Notes under the pieces: generated by a model
Seen by the model: only the letters and a program-made list of their open reading frames with translations
Database searches by the model: none
Told to the model about the DNA's origin: nothing
Program-made: the position numbers and the translations under genes
Assembly: GCA_043228905.1 (NCBI GenBank)
Contig: JBHGNT010000010.1
Span: 3,038,001-3,102,000 of the forward strand
Length of the DNA stretch: 64,000 bases
Source: Azolla caroliniana
Lineage: Eukaryota; Plantae; Polypodiophyta
Direction of reading: 5' to 3'
Part shown: in pieces, positions 1 through 11,227 of the stretch
How positions within the stretch are numbered: position 1 is the first letter of the stretch
How the letters are laid out: each line of letters begins with the position of its first letter

Positions 1-730
1 AAATAAGGATAAACCGTGCATTATGTACAATAACGAACCACTTGAAACTATGGAAAGCTCTAAATACCTTTGAGGTTCCTTTAAATCATAGATGGAATGA
101 ATATGCTTCCCACCGCTTAAAGGCAGGAAACATACCATTTTATGCATTTGAGAACACATGAAATCATGAAGAAATTAAGAGTTGGGTTCTCGAGAATTAC
201 CTTCTTGACAATTTGGTGTCACCAATGCTTCTCTATGGGGTGGAAGTATAGAGCGGTAGCATCCTTAAGTCCACTTGGAAATTGGTTGAAAAATGTCCCA
301 AAACATTTACATATAAAGTTTCTACAAGCCAAGAAACAAAAGTCATACACCCTCCCACTTATTGAGACAGGATCACTTCCCATTTAGATCATGGCCATGG
401 AAAGGGTTGTTAAATACATGCTTAAGTTTCATAATGTCCCTCACAACTACTGGGAATTGTATGGGAAGGATGCAAAAAGACCCAAAAGAAAAGAAAGAGC
501 AAAATTATGTGTTGTAATTGTATGCAAGATATGGAAAAATGGTTTGGAAGATGGGATGCAACACGCTTGCTTCATGATGCATCAATAGATTTTTTTGTAA
601 ATGAGATATTTTTTTTTGCTATGCTAATGTATCATGAAATGTGAAAAATATGGAGATTCATGCTTCACATACTATACCTACATATGTTGCATCTACCACA
701 AAACCATATTCTTCACCAAACAGTCACATT
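1..730 (+). mobile_element. Decayed non-LTR retrotransposon (LINE) ORF2, region C-terminal to RT
   Basis: Frameshifted fragments (KYLxxP..W, LYGVEVW-like, MAMERVVKYMLK) are homologous to the minus-strand LINE copy at 1320-3208. Confidence 0.65.
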
Positions 731-829
731 CTAAACTTGAACCTTTGACCTATAACACACCCAATACATAGTGTTAGATAAACCATATAGAAACCCTTAA
801 GTTACATATAAATTTGTATATGGTTTAAT

Positions 830-1045
830 ATTGTAAAGTCTAACATATAGTACATTCAGAATATTCTAGTCTTTAGTATATTCTAGGAATAGTCTATGGT
901 ATATTTTAGACGAGTATATTCTATATATATTTCTCAGGTATATTCTAGATATATTTCTCAAGTATATTCTAGACATATTCAATATCAGAACTTGTATAAA
1001 TATGCGTGTTCACCTGGATTACAATCAAGGTGAACAACACCAATT
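830..1045 (+). mobile_element. Fragment of a chromovirus-type LTR (same family as 38782-39212)
   Basis: TATATTCTAG repeat block and TGTATAAATA TATA box align by eye with 38890-39030. Confidence 0.65.
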
Positions 1046-1049
1046 ATAG

Positions 1050-1315
1050 TGTCGCGGTAATCCATGGGTACATGTCGAAACGGGGCGGGACCACTGGGGT
1101 CTTGAACCAGAGAGAGACGGAAGAGGGAAGACCGAGTTTCGCCAGTGCTGGATATGCCAGTTGTGACGCCGACAAGAGCATTTTCGGACTTGCACCGGAC
1201 GCAACCGAATGGGAGATAGATAGATTATATTATCGTCTTCGGAGGTCAAATATGACCTATGAGACCAAAAATATTACATTTCACGTGATACGTGTGAAAG
1301 TGAGTAGTGACTCTC
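1050..1315 (-). mobile_element. U5-end fragment of a Trp-PBS gypsy-family LTR
   Basis: Begins TGTCGCGG; GGGCGGGACCACTGGGGTCTTGAACC matches the U5 motif of the LTRs at 4308 and 10463; right boundary approximate. Confidence 0.55.
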
Positions 1316-1319
1316 GATG

Positions 1320-3205
1320 TTCAAGAACTTTACCAATGAATGTTGCAATCGAGAGTGCACATTGTGGTTGTTGAGAGGAATTCAAGCAAAGATTGGGCTC
1401 GGTTGAAGAGATGTGGAAAGCATGGTTGAATATGATCAAAGGCAAAGCATTGTATCAAAGTGTGATACTCAGACTCGCGAACTTGTCTAGGGCAAAGTGT
1501 GCATAGCCGACCACTCTCATCACTTGTGCCCCAACGCCCTGTTTCACATCGCAATGCATGTGAGCTAAGTCGCATGGAAGCAATGGTTCGAATGGTAGAT
1601 AACGGTATGGGCTCTAACATGTATCGATGTGTACGATTTCCCCATTCCACAAAGAATATGGTTTTGTAGTTAGGTGCAACATGTGTAGTATAATGTGTGA
1701 AGTGCTGTCGTGAAGATTCCGGGCCATGGTGAGAAAACAGGGAATATCGGAACAATCGACAAGGTGGAGCATGTGCAGTCACCCTTGTATAGATTGTGTA
1801 AACGATAGGGGCGCCATTAAGGCGCCGAACAGTAGTTAATTCGGGACAAAGGATCCCATGTAATAAGGGATTTATCCCACATTGTTACGCATCCCTCTCC
1901 TTGTTCTATAAAAGGAAGGGAGCGCCCTTTGTAAAGGGGTTGCCCATTTTGAGTTAGGAGGGTATACCGTTGGGTTTAGGGTTTGGTAGTTTTCTTCCTC
2001 TTCATCTTATTCTTAGGGTTTCTACTTTGGTCTTTCTCCCTATTTCGTTTAGGGTTTCATTTTAGTCTTCTTGATTGTCTCGTGGGTTTGGTCCATTCTT
2101 TCGGGTGGACGTTAGTATTCCGTTTAGGTTCTTCTTCTTGTGAGTGATCGTGCATGTTAGGGTTTATGCATTTGGGGTCTTCGGGTGTTAATCTCTCTTC
2201 TTCGTGTGAGAGTTTGGTTTTGGTTTGGGGTTTCTACAACAACGGCTCTTCGGCATTCCAGTTGCGGCACTTGGAGGTTCGGTTTCCTCTCCTCGATGGA
2301 GAGTGTTTCGCATGGCGGCCGATTCGAGAAGGGAGGGTGAAGTGGCACGAGAACAGTCCATCGTCTTCAGGGCGTGACCAACGATGGACGTCGCAGTCCC
2401 GGTGGCCCACTTGACTTGCCTTCGCCAGTTCCCATTCTTAACTTGTTGTATTAGCCTATTGATATGTAATAGCCATTGGATTCGGGCATGTAATCGTCTT
2501 GTTGTAAAACTCTTGTAATAAATATTCATGGTAGTGTATATCTATCTTCCTTGTAACATATTTCAGTCGGGTCCATATTCGCGGTGAACCGTCTTTTTGT
2601 GAAACCCTACACTCGTTGGAGCCGGAAGCCGATTCCAGACCGAAGCCTACAAAGCTTAAGGACTCCACCATCTGTCTCCCTAGTCCAAGACCCCCGCGGT
2701 CCCGCCTAAGATCCTACACGTACCAGCGGAATATCGCGACAACGCGAGCCTCCAAATTTGTCCCATGTCATGATACATTGGCGTTGCAAAAAGGCCTCAT
2801 TTATAGAGGAATCTAATGATGCATCATGAAGCAAGTGTCTCACGTCCCATCTACCATACCATTTTTCTATATCTTGCATCCAACTGGAACACAAAATTTT
2901 GCTTTTATGCATCTTTTGGATCTTTTTGCTTGCTTCCCACGCAATTCTAGGAAGTCGATGTGAGCGACTTTTTTGAACCTTAAGCATGTATTCAACAACC
3001 CTTTCAATGGCCATGATCTCAATGGGAAGCGATCTCGTCTCAAGGAGGAGGAGGGTGTAGGGTGTTTGTTTCTTAACTTATAGAAACTTTGTAAGAAAAT
3101 GTTTTTGGACATTTTCAAAATCTTTCCTCATAGATTTAGGGATGCTACCGTCCCATACTTCCACCCCATAGAGAAGAACCGGTGTCACCAAAGTGTCGAA
3201 AAGAT

Positions 3206-3208
<3 letters not shown>
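1320..3208 (-). mobile_element. 5'-truncated LINE ORF2 3' part with C-terminal zinc finger, split by a solo LTR
   Basis: ORF 1330-1782 has RLSSHALRCETGRW...RLCTLC...ESEYHTLIQC, the C-terminal CCHC motif of RTEX/CR1-like LINEs; homology continues at 2746-3208. Confidence 0.75.
1706..2741 (+). mobile_element. Solo LTR of the Trp-PBS gypsy group
   Basis: TGTCGTGAAG...ATCGCGACA termini, CTATAAAAG TATA near 1907, family U5 motif; degenerate 4-bp TSD GTGC/ACGC, consistent with the uninterrupted LINE copy near 655-670. Confidence 0.8.

Positions 3209-3265
<57 letters not shown>
3209..3265. repeat. (GA)n microsatellite
   Basis: Pure GA run. Confidence 0.95.
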
Positions 3266-3271
<6 letters not shown>

Positions 3272-3916
3272 AATATGGTGGCTCGTCGATTTACTTTGAT
3301 TCGATTTATTTGAAGGTGTACAACCTTGGACAGAAATGATGGCTGTCAGGAACAGTACTAAGACATAAGGGCATGGGTTCAAATCTTGCCATATCATGAT
3401 ACTATCCCCGTTTTAAAACGACGAGTGTTACGAGTCGTTTTGGATTGAGGACCCGGTTTGTGTTGTTCGGCCGACAGATAGACAGTAGGGTCGAACGTGG
3501 AATATGAATGGATTATACTAGAGTAATCGTAACCTATGATATTGTATTTGTATTGTGATTCGACTATTTTAGTTAGTACAGTTATAGCAAAACAGAATTA
3601 TGGAGAACAATATTATCGACACAAGTGCTCAGAATTCCTATAACTAAAAACTATATTAACTGAAAACAGACAATAGTAGTACAATGCTTTCGGTTCCTTT
3701 TTTATAGGTAACCTAAAAGACTACCTTAACAAGAACTACATTTTGCCTTGTCGGCAAGAACTACAAAACTTACATATTCGTCATTACTATTTAATTGGCA
3801 AAACTGCTGACTCATTGATTCGCCTAGTTGATCCGACTCCGACTATGTAGTTTCCGAACATTGTCGACTTCGATGCTTTCATATTTGTCCGACTCATTTC
3901 CTAATCGGCTAACACT

Positions 3917-3931
3917 TGGCACGCCAGTGGG
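3917..3931 (+). other. PBS-like site complementary to the tRNA-Arg 3' end
   Basis: TGGCACGCCAGTGGG, 2 nt after the LTR end; resembles the TGGCACGCCC(A/G)GTGGGAC PBS of Tat-lineage elements. Confidence 0.6.
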
Positions 3932-6900
3932 CCAGGGCCTTGCCAGGTCAAACCCACGGTAACAGACTACTCTTGATGGTCGGGGTTAAGATCGTTGTCC
4001 ATTTCCTCCTTGTCGTTGTCTTGCAGAATGTTGAATAATGATGGTTCGACTTCGTTGTCGTTGTCAGTGTTGGTGTTGGTATCGTCATCGGCGTTCTTCA
4101 CATTAGTGTTGCGGTTTGAGGGTGGTGGTTGCGATGATGTTGGGTCTCCGAGCTCTGGTGTTTGATTTCTTCTGGTTTGTTCATGACCTTCTAACTAAAT
4201 AGAGGTGTCGATTTCATGCTTATCAAATTCTTGCATAAGTTGAGTTATTTCTTCTCGATGACTAGCTGACATATCATACAAATCTTTAGCAATATCCTCC
4301 TGTACGGTGTCAGGAAAATCCTCGCGGATGCGTAGAAGTTGGGCAAGACCACGGGGGTCTTGAACCAAGGAATCAAGAAGTGAGGAGGAAGAGTCTGTGG
4401 TTTATGTAAGTCTTGAGACCGCGGTTTAACAGAGAAGGTTAGTGAAACGAGAGGGAGAGTGTAAGAGGATCGTGTGTAGACATAGGCGCAGACAGAGATG
4501 CTGAGAACAACTTGCGTGAGGTAGATAAGTTTCTATTCATCAAAACATGCGCGTAGCGCTGTGGGTGATTACAATCGGATCAGTGCCGGTGATCGAGTGT
4601 AGAGCTCTACAGTAGTTAGATACAAAGGTACGTAGGCACGCATAAGGTCGATCCCCTGGTCGGGAGCACTCGGGCGTCTGATGCGAGTAGGGGAAGCGCC
4701 TTCCAGTGGTACGTCGTAGGACTCTTGGTCTCCCCTCGTCTCTGTTTCTTTTCTTCTCTCTTGATTACCCCCCCTTAAAACAGTCAAAGGTTGCGCCTTT
4801 TATAGCACAAGGAGCGACCGTTACAAAGCATTCATGAGGTCCTGTCGCTTTCCCTTCCTAGATTCTCCCCCCTGATTCGCTCTCCTCGTAACTCTCCCTA
4901 GTTACGCGATGTCTGAACCCCCATCAATGCCTTAACTATCTAGTACACCTCCTTCTACCTATGCCTAGTATTTACACTATTTAATTCACTAGGGGTGTGC
5001 ACTCGTGCACACCAGTGTTCTTGCGCGTTTCACGTTGTTTCCACCTATGGCCCGGATTCTTCACGACAACCACCCCCACTAAACCGCACATACTCCGATA
5101 TGTGCCGGGTCGTGAATTTAGTGAGGAATTCCGGGCCATCTGCTACTTGACCTCCCCTTTTGAACTTACGCTATCGACTCTCGGGTCTGGTTCCGCCTCG
5201 TTCTGCCTCATGAAGGCCTTTATCCGCTTCCCGGTCACCGGAGTCGTCATTCGGGTTCCGTCGAGCTTCGTGAGATGATATGTCGCGTTATCGTTGACGC
5301 TAATTACGAGGTATGCCCCGAACCATCGCTTCGTGAACTTACGCATAGACCTATGCTGGTTGTCGAGGCTGTTGTCGTAGACTAACACCCAATCGCCTTC
5401 CTCGATCTTCCTTGGCCGGAGCCGGTGTGTTCGGTCGAACCGGGCCTTGTTCCGGATTCTCGCTTCTTTCACCCTCGCCGTGGCCCGCTCCACGTCTTCC
5501 GGCCTTTGCTCGAGTTGCCAGATTCGGGCCGTTAGCAATTCTTCTTGGCTCTTTTCGTTGGCCCAATCGATCGCCGTCCACGAGGCGATCGTCCGCTCCA
5601 CTAGCATGATGGGTTTTTGTCCAAACATTAGTTCTGCCGGCATGTACCCTGTCACCGAACTATGGGTAGTCCTGTCCGCCCATAGGGTGTAAGGGAGCAA
5701 CCTCGGCCAGTCGCTAACTCGTCCTTCACACGCGCGTACAACGGCTTTTCGATCAGACCGTGGCCCCGCTCAATCTTTCCATTTGCCTCTGGGTTGTACG
5801 CCGTCATGAGGGACAATTTTACGCCTCTAGAACCGATCGAATAGTTCCTCGGCCTCTTCCGCGTCTAGCTCTCCTCGGTCAGCCACGATTTTTCCCACGC
5901 ACCCGTATCGGCATATGACATCTTCGATCAGAAACTTACATATTGCCGTAGTGATCTTGTTTGTTAGTGCCCGACCCTCTACTTGGTTCGTTAGGTCTTC
6001 TCTAGCCAGCACCAGGTATCGCTTCTGACCCTCTCCCATCGGCATAGTTACTAAGTCGACCATCCATTTGAAGTGCACGACCGGGGGGTATGTTGGGTGC
6101 AGCTCGTCACGGTGTCAAACCACCGAGTGCATCTGACAACTTTCGCATGTGGACACGAAGTCGTGCACGCTCTTATATATACCTGGCCACCAGTATTTCT
6201 CCTTTAACTTCTCGAATGTCGCCCATGTACCCCGGTGTCTAGACCAAGGGCTTTCGTGGAACTCTGATATTAGCTTCTCTTGATCATCTCCCCGCGCTAT
6301 TACCCAGAGCGGCGCGTCGTTTCACCTTTTTGGGACCGTCCAGATTTTCCCGTTCCGTATGAACCACAATGTACCGTTCTTCTTTGGTACCGTAAACCAC
6401 CAATTAGAGTAAGGGGCACTCGATGGTTTGAGGATGCCCAACTCCACCTTCTGCTTAAGAAGCTCTATCAACATTGGCATGTGAGCTCTCGATACTTGAA
6501 TCGGTTTGAGACTCCATGGCACGTGCAACACGGTAAAGATCACCATTAGTTCGACAATGGTCGGATCGACGCACCCGATCTCTCCTGGCGAGAATGCGAA
6601 GGCTTTCCCGTGCCTCTCGAGCATCCTTTTGAACTGGTCCTCTTCCGCCGGCAGTAGGAAGCCACCCCCACCGATCTTCAGCTGTCGTAGCATTTTGTCA
6701 ATGAAACGGTGTCCTATGCCGGTCGGATCTCGCAAGCTCGGGTCGGTAGCGACCCCCTTTATTCGTTCCTAGCTGCCCTTCGGTAAGGGAGCCGCGGTGG
6801 GCTTCACCTTTCGGTCCACAGTCTTGTACTTGGTGTCTACTCGGGCAATCCGATGCACTCTGGTTTTTCTTTCGAAGTCCGCAATGACTTCATACATGAC

Positions 6901-7134
6901 AACCGAGTTGACCGGTATGACTCGGTCTTCGCTTAGGCCTCCTTTGACTACCTTCCCAATTTCTCCAAGGGTGTCATCAAACGAGATCGCCTCCATGGCT
7001 TCCCCAATCCATTCGTCGTGACTCAAGGCTCCGCACGCCTTTAAGAGTATCTCGGCCCGTTTTCTTTCTTGGCCACTAATGTTGGCTACGGTACATCCCC
7101 TGTTGTCGGAGAACAAAACTTTCCTTCCTATTTT

Positions 7135-7206
7135 ACAGGTGTGGGGAATTCTCCGGCTATCCGGACTATCGCGGCCCCACGCCTTGATAGCCCTTTCTAA
7201 AAAACC
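7135..7206 (-). promoter_or_regulatory. Putative -1 ribosomal frameshift signal (G GTT TTT plus pseudoknot) between gag-PR and RT
   Basis: Heptamer lies immediately before the PR-ORF stop, the -1 frame is open into the RT leader, stems GGGCTATC/GATAGTCC and AGGCGTGGGG/CCCCACACCT; equivalent site at 29834-29905. Confidence 0.6.
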
Positions 7207-8598
7207 ACCTTGTCGTTATTTCCAAGGGTGTCCCTGTTCCACTCGTGATTCTTTCGGATGGTAAAAAATTGGATAGAATGACGGCCATCCTGACTTTTTA
7301 CCCTCGCATAGGTTGAACCATTGTGCAACACTTTCGTCTCCATTCTAGCCGCCATTATATATGGTTCACCGAGGATGACCGGGTGGGAGGACGTCTCTTG
7401 CACGAAAAAGTGTTAGTTTATATCGACGTCTCCGACACTCACCCTGACGTTTGGGCAAGCCCCGTGTAGTTCTTCCGTGGCTCTTGTAGCCGTGCGGATC
7501 TTCCACCTGTGTTTGGTGTTGATCCGCCAATTCCCCTTTTTGTAGAAGTCCATGGACATCAGGATAATTTCCGACCCGTGGTCGATTAATGCCACCACCG
7601 GTTCCTTCATGCCCCCGATACGAACCAGGGTTTCTATAGTCGCTCTTGCCCAGTGTGGCCTGGCGCAGTGGCACTTCGCAAGCTCGTCTTCCGCAGCCAT
7701 CTCGTCGAGTAGTGTCGTCGTTACCTCAACTGGCTTCTCGAGCTCCAGTTCCGTCGCGAGACGCTTTCTCTTCACGAGGTCCACGATGTTGTCGTGGAAT
7801 TCCCTTCTCGCTATGCCAAGCACTTCCCTAAGCGTGAGTTCTATGCGGATGTCGAGAACTCGCTCCTCTATAACCTTTTGTAGGTTCGTTGTTTTCTCGA
7901 TTTCCGAGCTTAAACGGAAGCTCGGAATCCTGCCCTTCTCCTTCTCCTAGGACCCGGTCGGAGTGCCGTCGTGCCTTTTGGGCACGGTTCAGGTGTCATA
8001 CCTCCTCGAAAGGCCCGCTCCCCCGGTTTTCCCCGCTCGCCTTTCGTCGATCAGGGCCTCGTAGTTCTTGCACGTGGCCTCCACAAAGCCGGTGCTCTCC
8101 TCAACGGGGTCACTCCAGCTGGTAACTTCGCGCACACGCTCCTTCGCGTGCTCCGCTTCTCCCTTTTGTAGCCTTCCTCCGGACAAGGTATTGAGAATAA
8201 CTGGCGAGAACCCAGGTTTTGAATTGGGTTTGGCTGCCTTTTCATCTACGCGGATGCCGGCCGAAGCCGAGTAGTGGATGGCTTCGACGTGCCGTGTTGC
8301 GGCCTCTTCCATTAGCCTCTTCATGCCACCTCGTCCGAAATTCGAGTCAAGCAATATCCGTGTCGCTCGCATGTATCCTGGCATTCGAAAGATAAACTAC
8401 ATTACTCCTCAACGCTTCACCGAGGTTAGCGCGATCTCTCCGAGCATGTCCGGTGGCGTCACACCATATGCACCTCTGATTGGCCGGCGGTCGCTGGTCG
8501 CGCGGCTGACCCTCGTCACTTCGTCGGGCCTGGGTGAACTAGAGGTCGCGCACCATCCTTGTTAGTTCTTCGAGTCCTGCGCCGCCTGCAGGTCCCGC

Positions 8599-9682
8599 TG
8601 TCGTGAAGATTTTCGGCAATGGTGTGAAAATCGCATAAAACATCCAAAATCGAGTATGAATCATATAAAACAATAATAGTGAAAATACTATTTTAGATAA
8701 GTTTAATATCTTAGTACAAAAAAGATGGAGGTCTTCAAGAGCTTTCGAATGCAACTTACTACATAAGAAACGGACATCTAAATCTCAAGTTATGTGGGTA
8801 GGAAGTTTGCAAAGGAAAAGAGAAAAATAAAACTGTGAAATATCTCACATAGAAAGGAAAAGTTTAGGCCCAACTATATAAGCAGATTGAGATCGATCAT
8901 AATTCATCTATGTGTTAAGAGCACATAAGAAATAGTTGGACTTGAGCCACTTTTGTCTAGATGGACATATGTGGCTAAATCGCCGAATGTGGCTAAGTGC
9001 CCGAACCGGTTGGTGAGGAAACTCAAATCGGCTGACGATAGAACTGGAAACCGGATGCATCTGGCATCCGGCGACCGGATAGATATATAAATAAATATAT
9101 ATATGTATACAGAAGGAGTGCAAGTATGGATTTGAACCTTGCACCTCCAAGTTGAGAGTTTATAGGCTTACCACTAAGCCAAGACATTTTCTTGAAATAA
9201 TATTTTTTCATTGTAACTTTACATGTAAATTCTCATACATGAGAGCTAAAATGAGTGACGTGGTTATCATGCACCACATGTAATACATGAGCGCCAAATG
9301 GCAAACATGCATTTTATGCATGTCTTGAACCCTCAAATGCATGAGGCCATCTATAAACGAGGGGATGAAAAAGATCAAAGGGGGATTTAGTAATGTAAAA
9401 TTCTTATCCAGAGCTTTGTACTTTATATCAAAATTAATATTAAAAAGAAAATTTGTTATCCTTTTGATGATATACCTTGTTCTTCAAATCTAAAGTCAAG
9501 AGTTCAACCTTAATCTCTCTCTCAATCTAAAATCAAGCGTTCTATCTTATCTCAATCTCTCTCTCTTTCAATCTATCTTAAATCCTTTCTCACTAAAGCT
9601 AGCGCCAACTTCGAATCCTTCCGGTCCAGAACCCCGACGGTTCCACCTCACGATCCGCGCGTAGTGACGGATCTTCACGACA
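8599..9682 (+). mobile_element. Solo LTR (1084 bp) of a related Trp-PBS gypsy family inserted in gag
   Basis: Perfect 12-bp terminal inverted repeat TGTCGTGAAGAT/ATCTTCACGACA, perfect 4-bp TSD CCGC, family-like U5 end. Confidence 0.88.
9113..9186 (-). promoter_or_regulatory. tRNA-like Pol III type-2 promoter module inside the LTR
   Basis: A box TGGCTTAGTGG (9171-9181) and B box GGTTCAAATCC (9128-9138), 32 bp apart. Confidence 0.6.
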
Positions 9683-10440
9683 CCGCGACTACGTTTGCCG
9701 AGGGTGGGCCTAGCTCGAGCCACCTCCTCGTTTCTTCCATTCGGGTCGACGTCGGCTCGGCTCTGGTTTTGATAGCTGGTTCGGCCGGCGAGGACCCCTT
9801 TTCTTTCCAATCTCGGCATTTGTCAATCCTGCTGCATACTTCTTTGACGGTCGACTAGTTAGTCGTGAGACCGCGGTTGGTTTCAAGAAGAAGACCCACG
9901 CTTTCCTGGACGCGCAAGTCGAACGACATAACGAAAAATAGGATTTTGCTCGTTTCGAGCACGGTTCGGTCCAATCTAAAGAGCCGCAGGAACCATGACT
10001 CGAACTCCTTGAGGAGCGCCGAAGCGTTCTGACCCTTGTCGGGGCTGTTGACCCAATCCATAAAGTCCTTTCTCGATAGCCGGAGCGAGTCGTCGTAGCT
10101 GTACCTTTCGAGAACTTCCTCCGCGAATTCCGCCCAATCGCGGCAACTTGCTTGTATTTCGGCCATCTCTTTATGGATGTGTGGTGTCACAACCCGGGGA
10201 AACCCCGTTAGCCATCTATCCTCGGGTATATTCCTCATCTGCATTTCAGATTTGTAGGCCTCTAAGTAACTCGTGGCGTCTTTTCCACTGAACCAGCCTA
10301 TCTTGTCGACCGTTGCTTCTATGGTCTTGTCGAGGGCCCTCGCGCCCTCGAGAGTGCTAACCAGGAGGTCTACCGCCACCGCCATGATTGCTTCTGCAAG
10401 TTCGCTCCCTCTCGTTTTTCAGATTCCTTTGCCGCCCCTT

Positions 10441-10458
10441 TTCACATCGGGTTCACCA
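10441..10458 (-). other. Primer binding site, tRNA-Trp
   Basis: Minus strand reads TGGTGAACCCGATGTGAA, complementary to the plant tRNA-Trp 3' end (..TTCACGTCGGGTTCACCA, recalled) with one mismatch. Confidence 0.85.
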
Positions 10459-11227
10459 AATATGTCGGGAATATCCTCGCGGATGCGTAGAAGTTGGGCA
10501 GGACCACAAGGGTCTTGAACCAAGGAATCAAGAAGTGAGGAGGAAGAGTCTGTGGTTTACATAAGTCCTGAGACCGCGGTTAAACAGAGAAGGTTAGTGA
10601 AACGAGAGGGAGAGTGTAAGAGGATCGTGTGTAAACATAGGCGCAAACAGAGATGCTGAGAACAACTTGCGTGAGGTAGATAAGTTTCTATTTATCAAAA
10701 CATGCGCGTAGCGCTGTGGGTGATTACAATTGGATCAGTGCCGGTGATTGTGCGTGGAGCTCTACAGTAGTTAGATACAAAGGTACGTAGGCACGTAGAA
10801 GGTCGATCCCCTAGTCGGGAGAACTCGGGCATCTGATGCGAGCAAGGGAAGCGCCTTCCGGTGGTACGTCGTAGGACTCCTGGTCTCCCCTCGTCTCCGT
10901 TTCTTTTCTTCTCTCTTGATCACCCTTCCTTATAACAGTCAAAGGTTGCCCCTTTTATAGCACAAGGAGCGACCGTTACAAAGCATTCATGAGGTCCTGT
11001 CGCTTTCCCTTCCTAGATTCTCCCCCCTGATTCGCTCTGCTCGTAACTCTCCCTACGTACGCGATGTATGAACCCCCATCAATGCCTTAACTACCTAGTA
11101 CACCTCCTTCTACCTATGCCTAGTACTTACACTATTTAATTCACTAGGGGTGTGCACTCATGCACACCAATGTTCCTGCGCGTTTCACATTGTTTCCACC
11201 TATGGCCCGAAATCTTCACGACAATGG

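Larger units (their letters stand above)
4308..11223 (-). mobile_element. Ty3/gypsy LTR retrotransposon, decayed, RT/RNase H deleted (gag-PR-partial RT-INT)
   Basis: 761-bp LTRs at 4308-5068 and 10463-11223 (TG..CA, several % divergent); tRNA-Trp PBS 10441-10458; PPT 5069-5080; 4-bp TSD ACGG/ATGG; protease ALIDHGSE; integrase HFKWMVDLV...VADRGE. Confidence 0.92.

Noticed and set aside
215-3205. Inverted pair of related LINE fragments as a possible twin-priming product or hairpin
   Set aside because: The copies cover the same ORF2 region and are substantially diverged, so they look like independent insertions.
3340-3395. B-box-like GGGTTCAAATCTT
   Set aside because: No convincing A box or stems.
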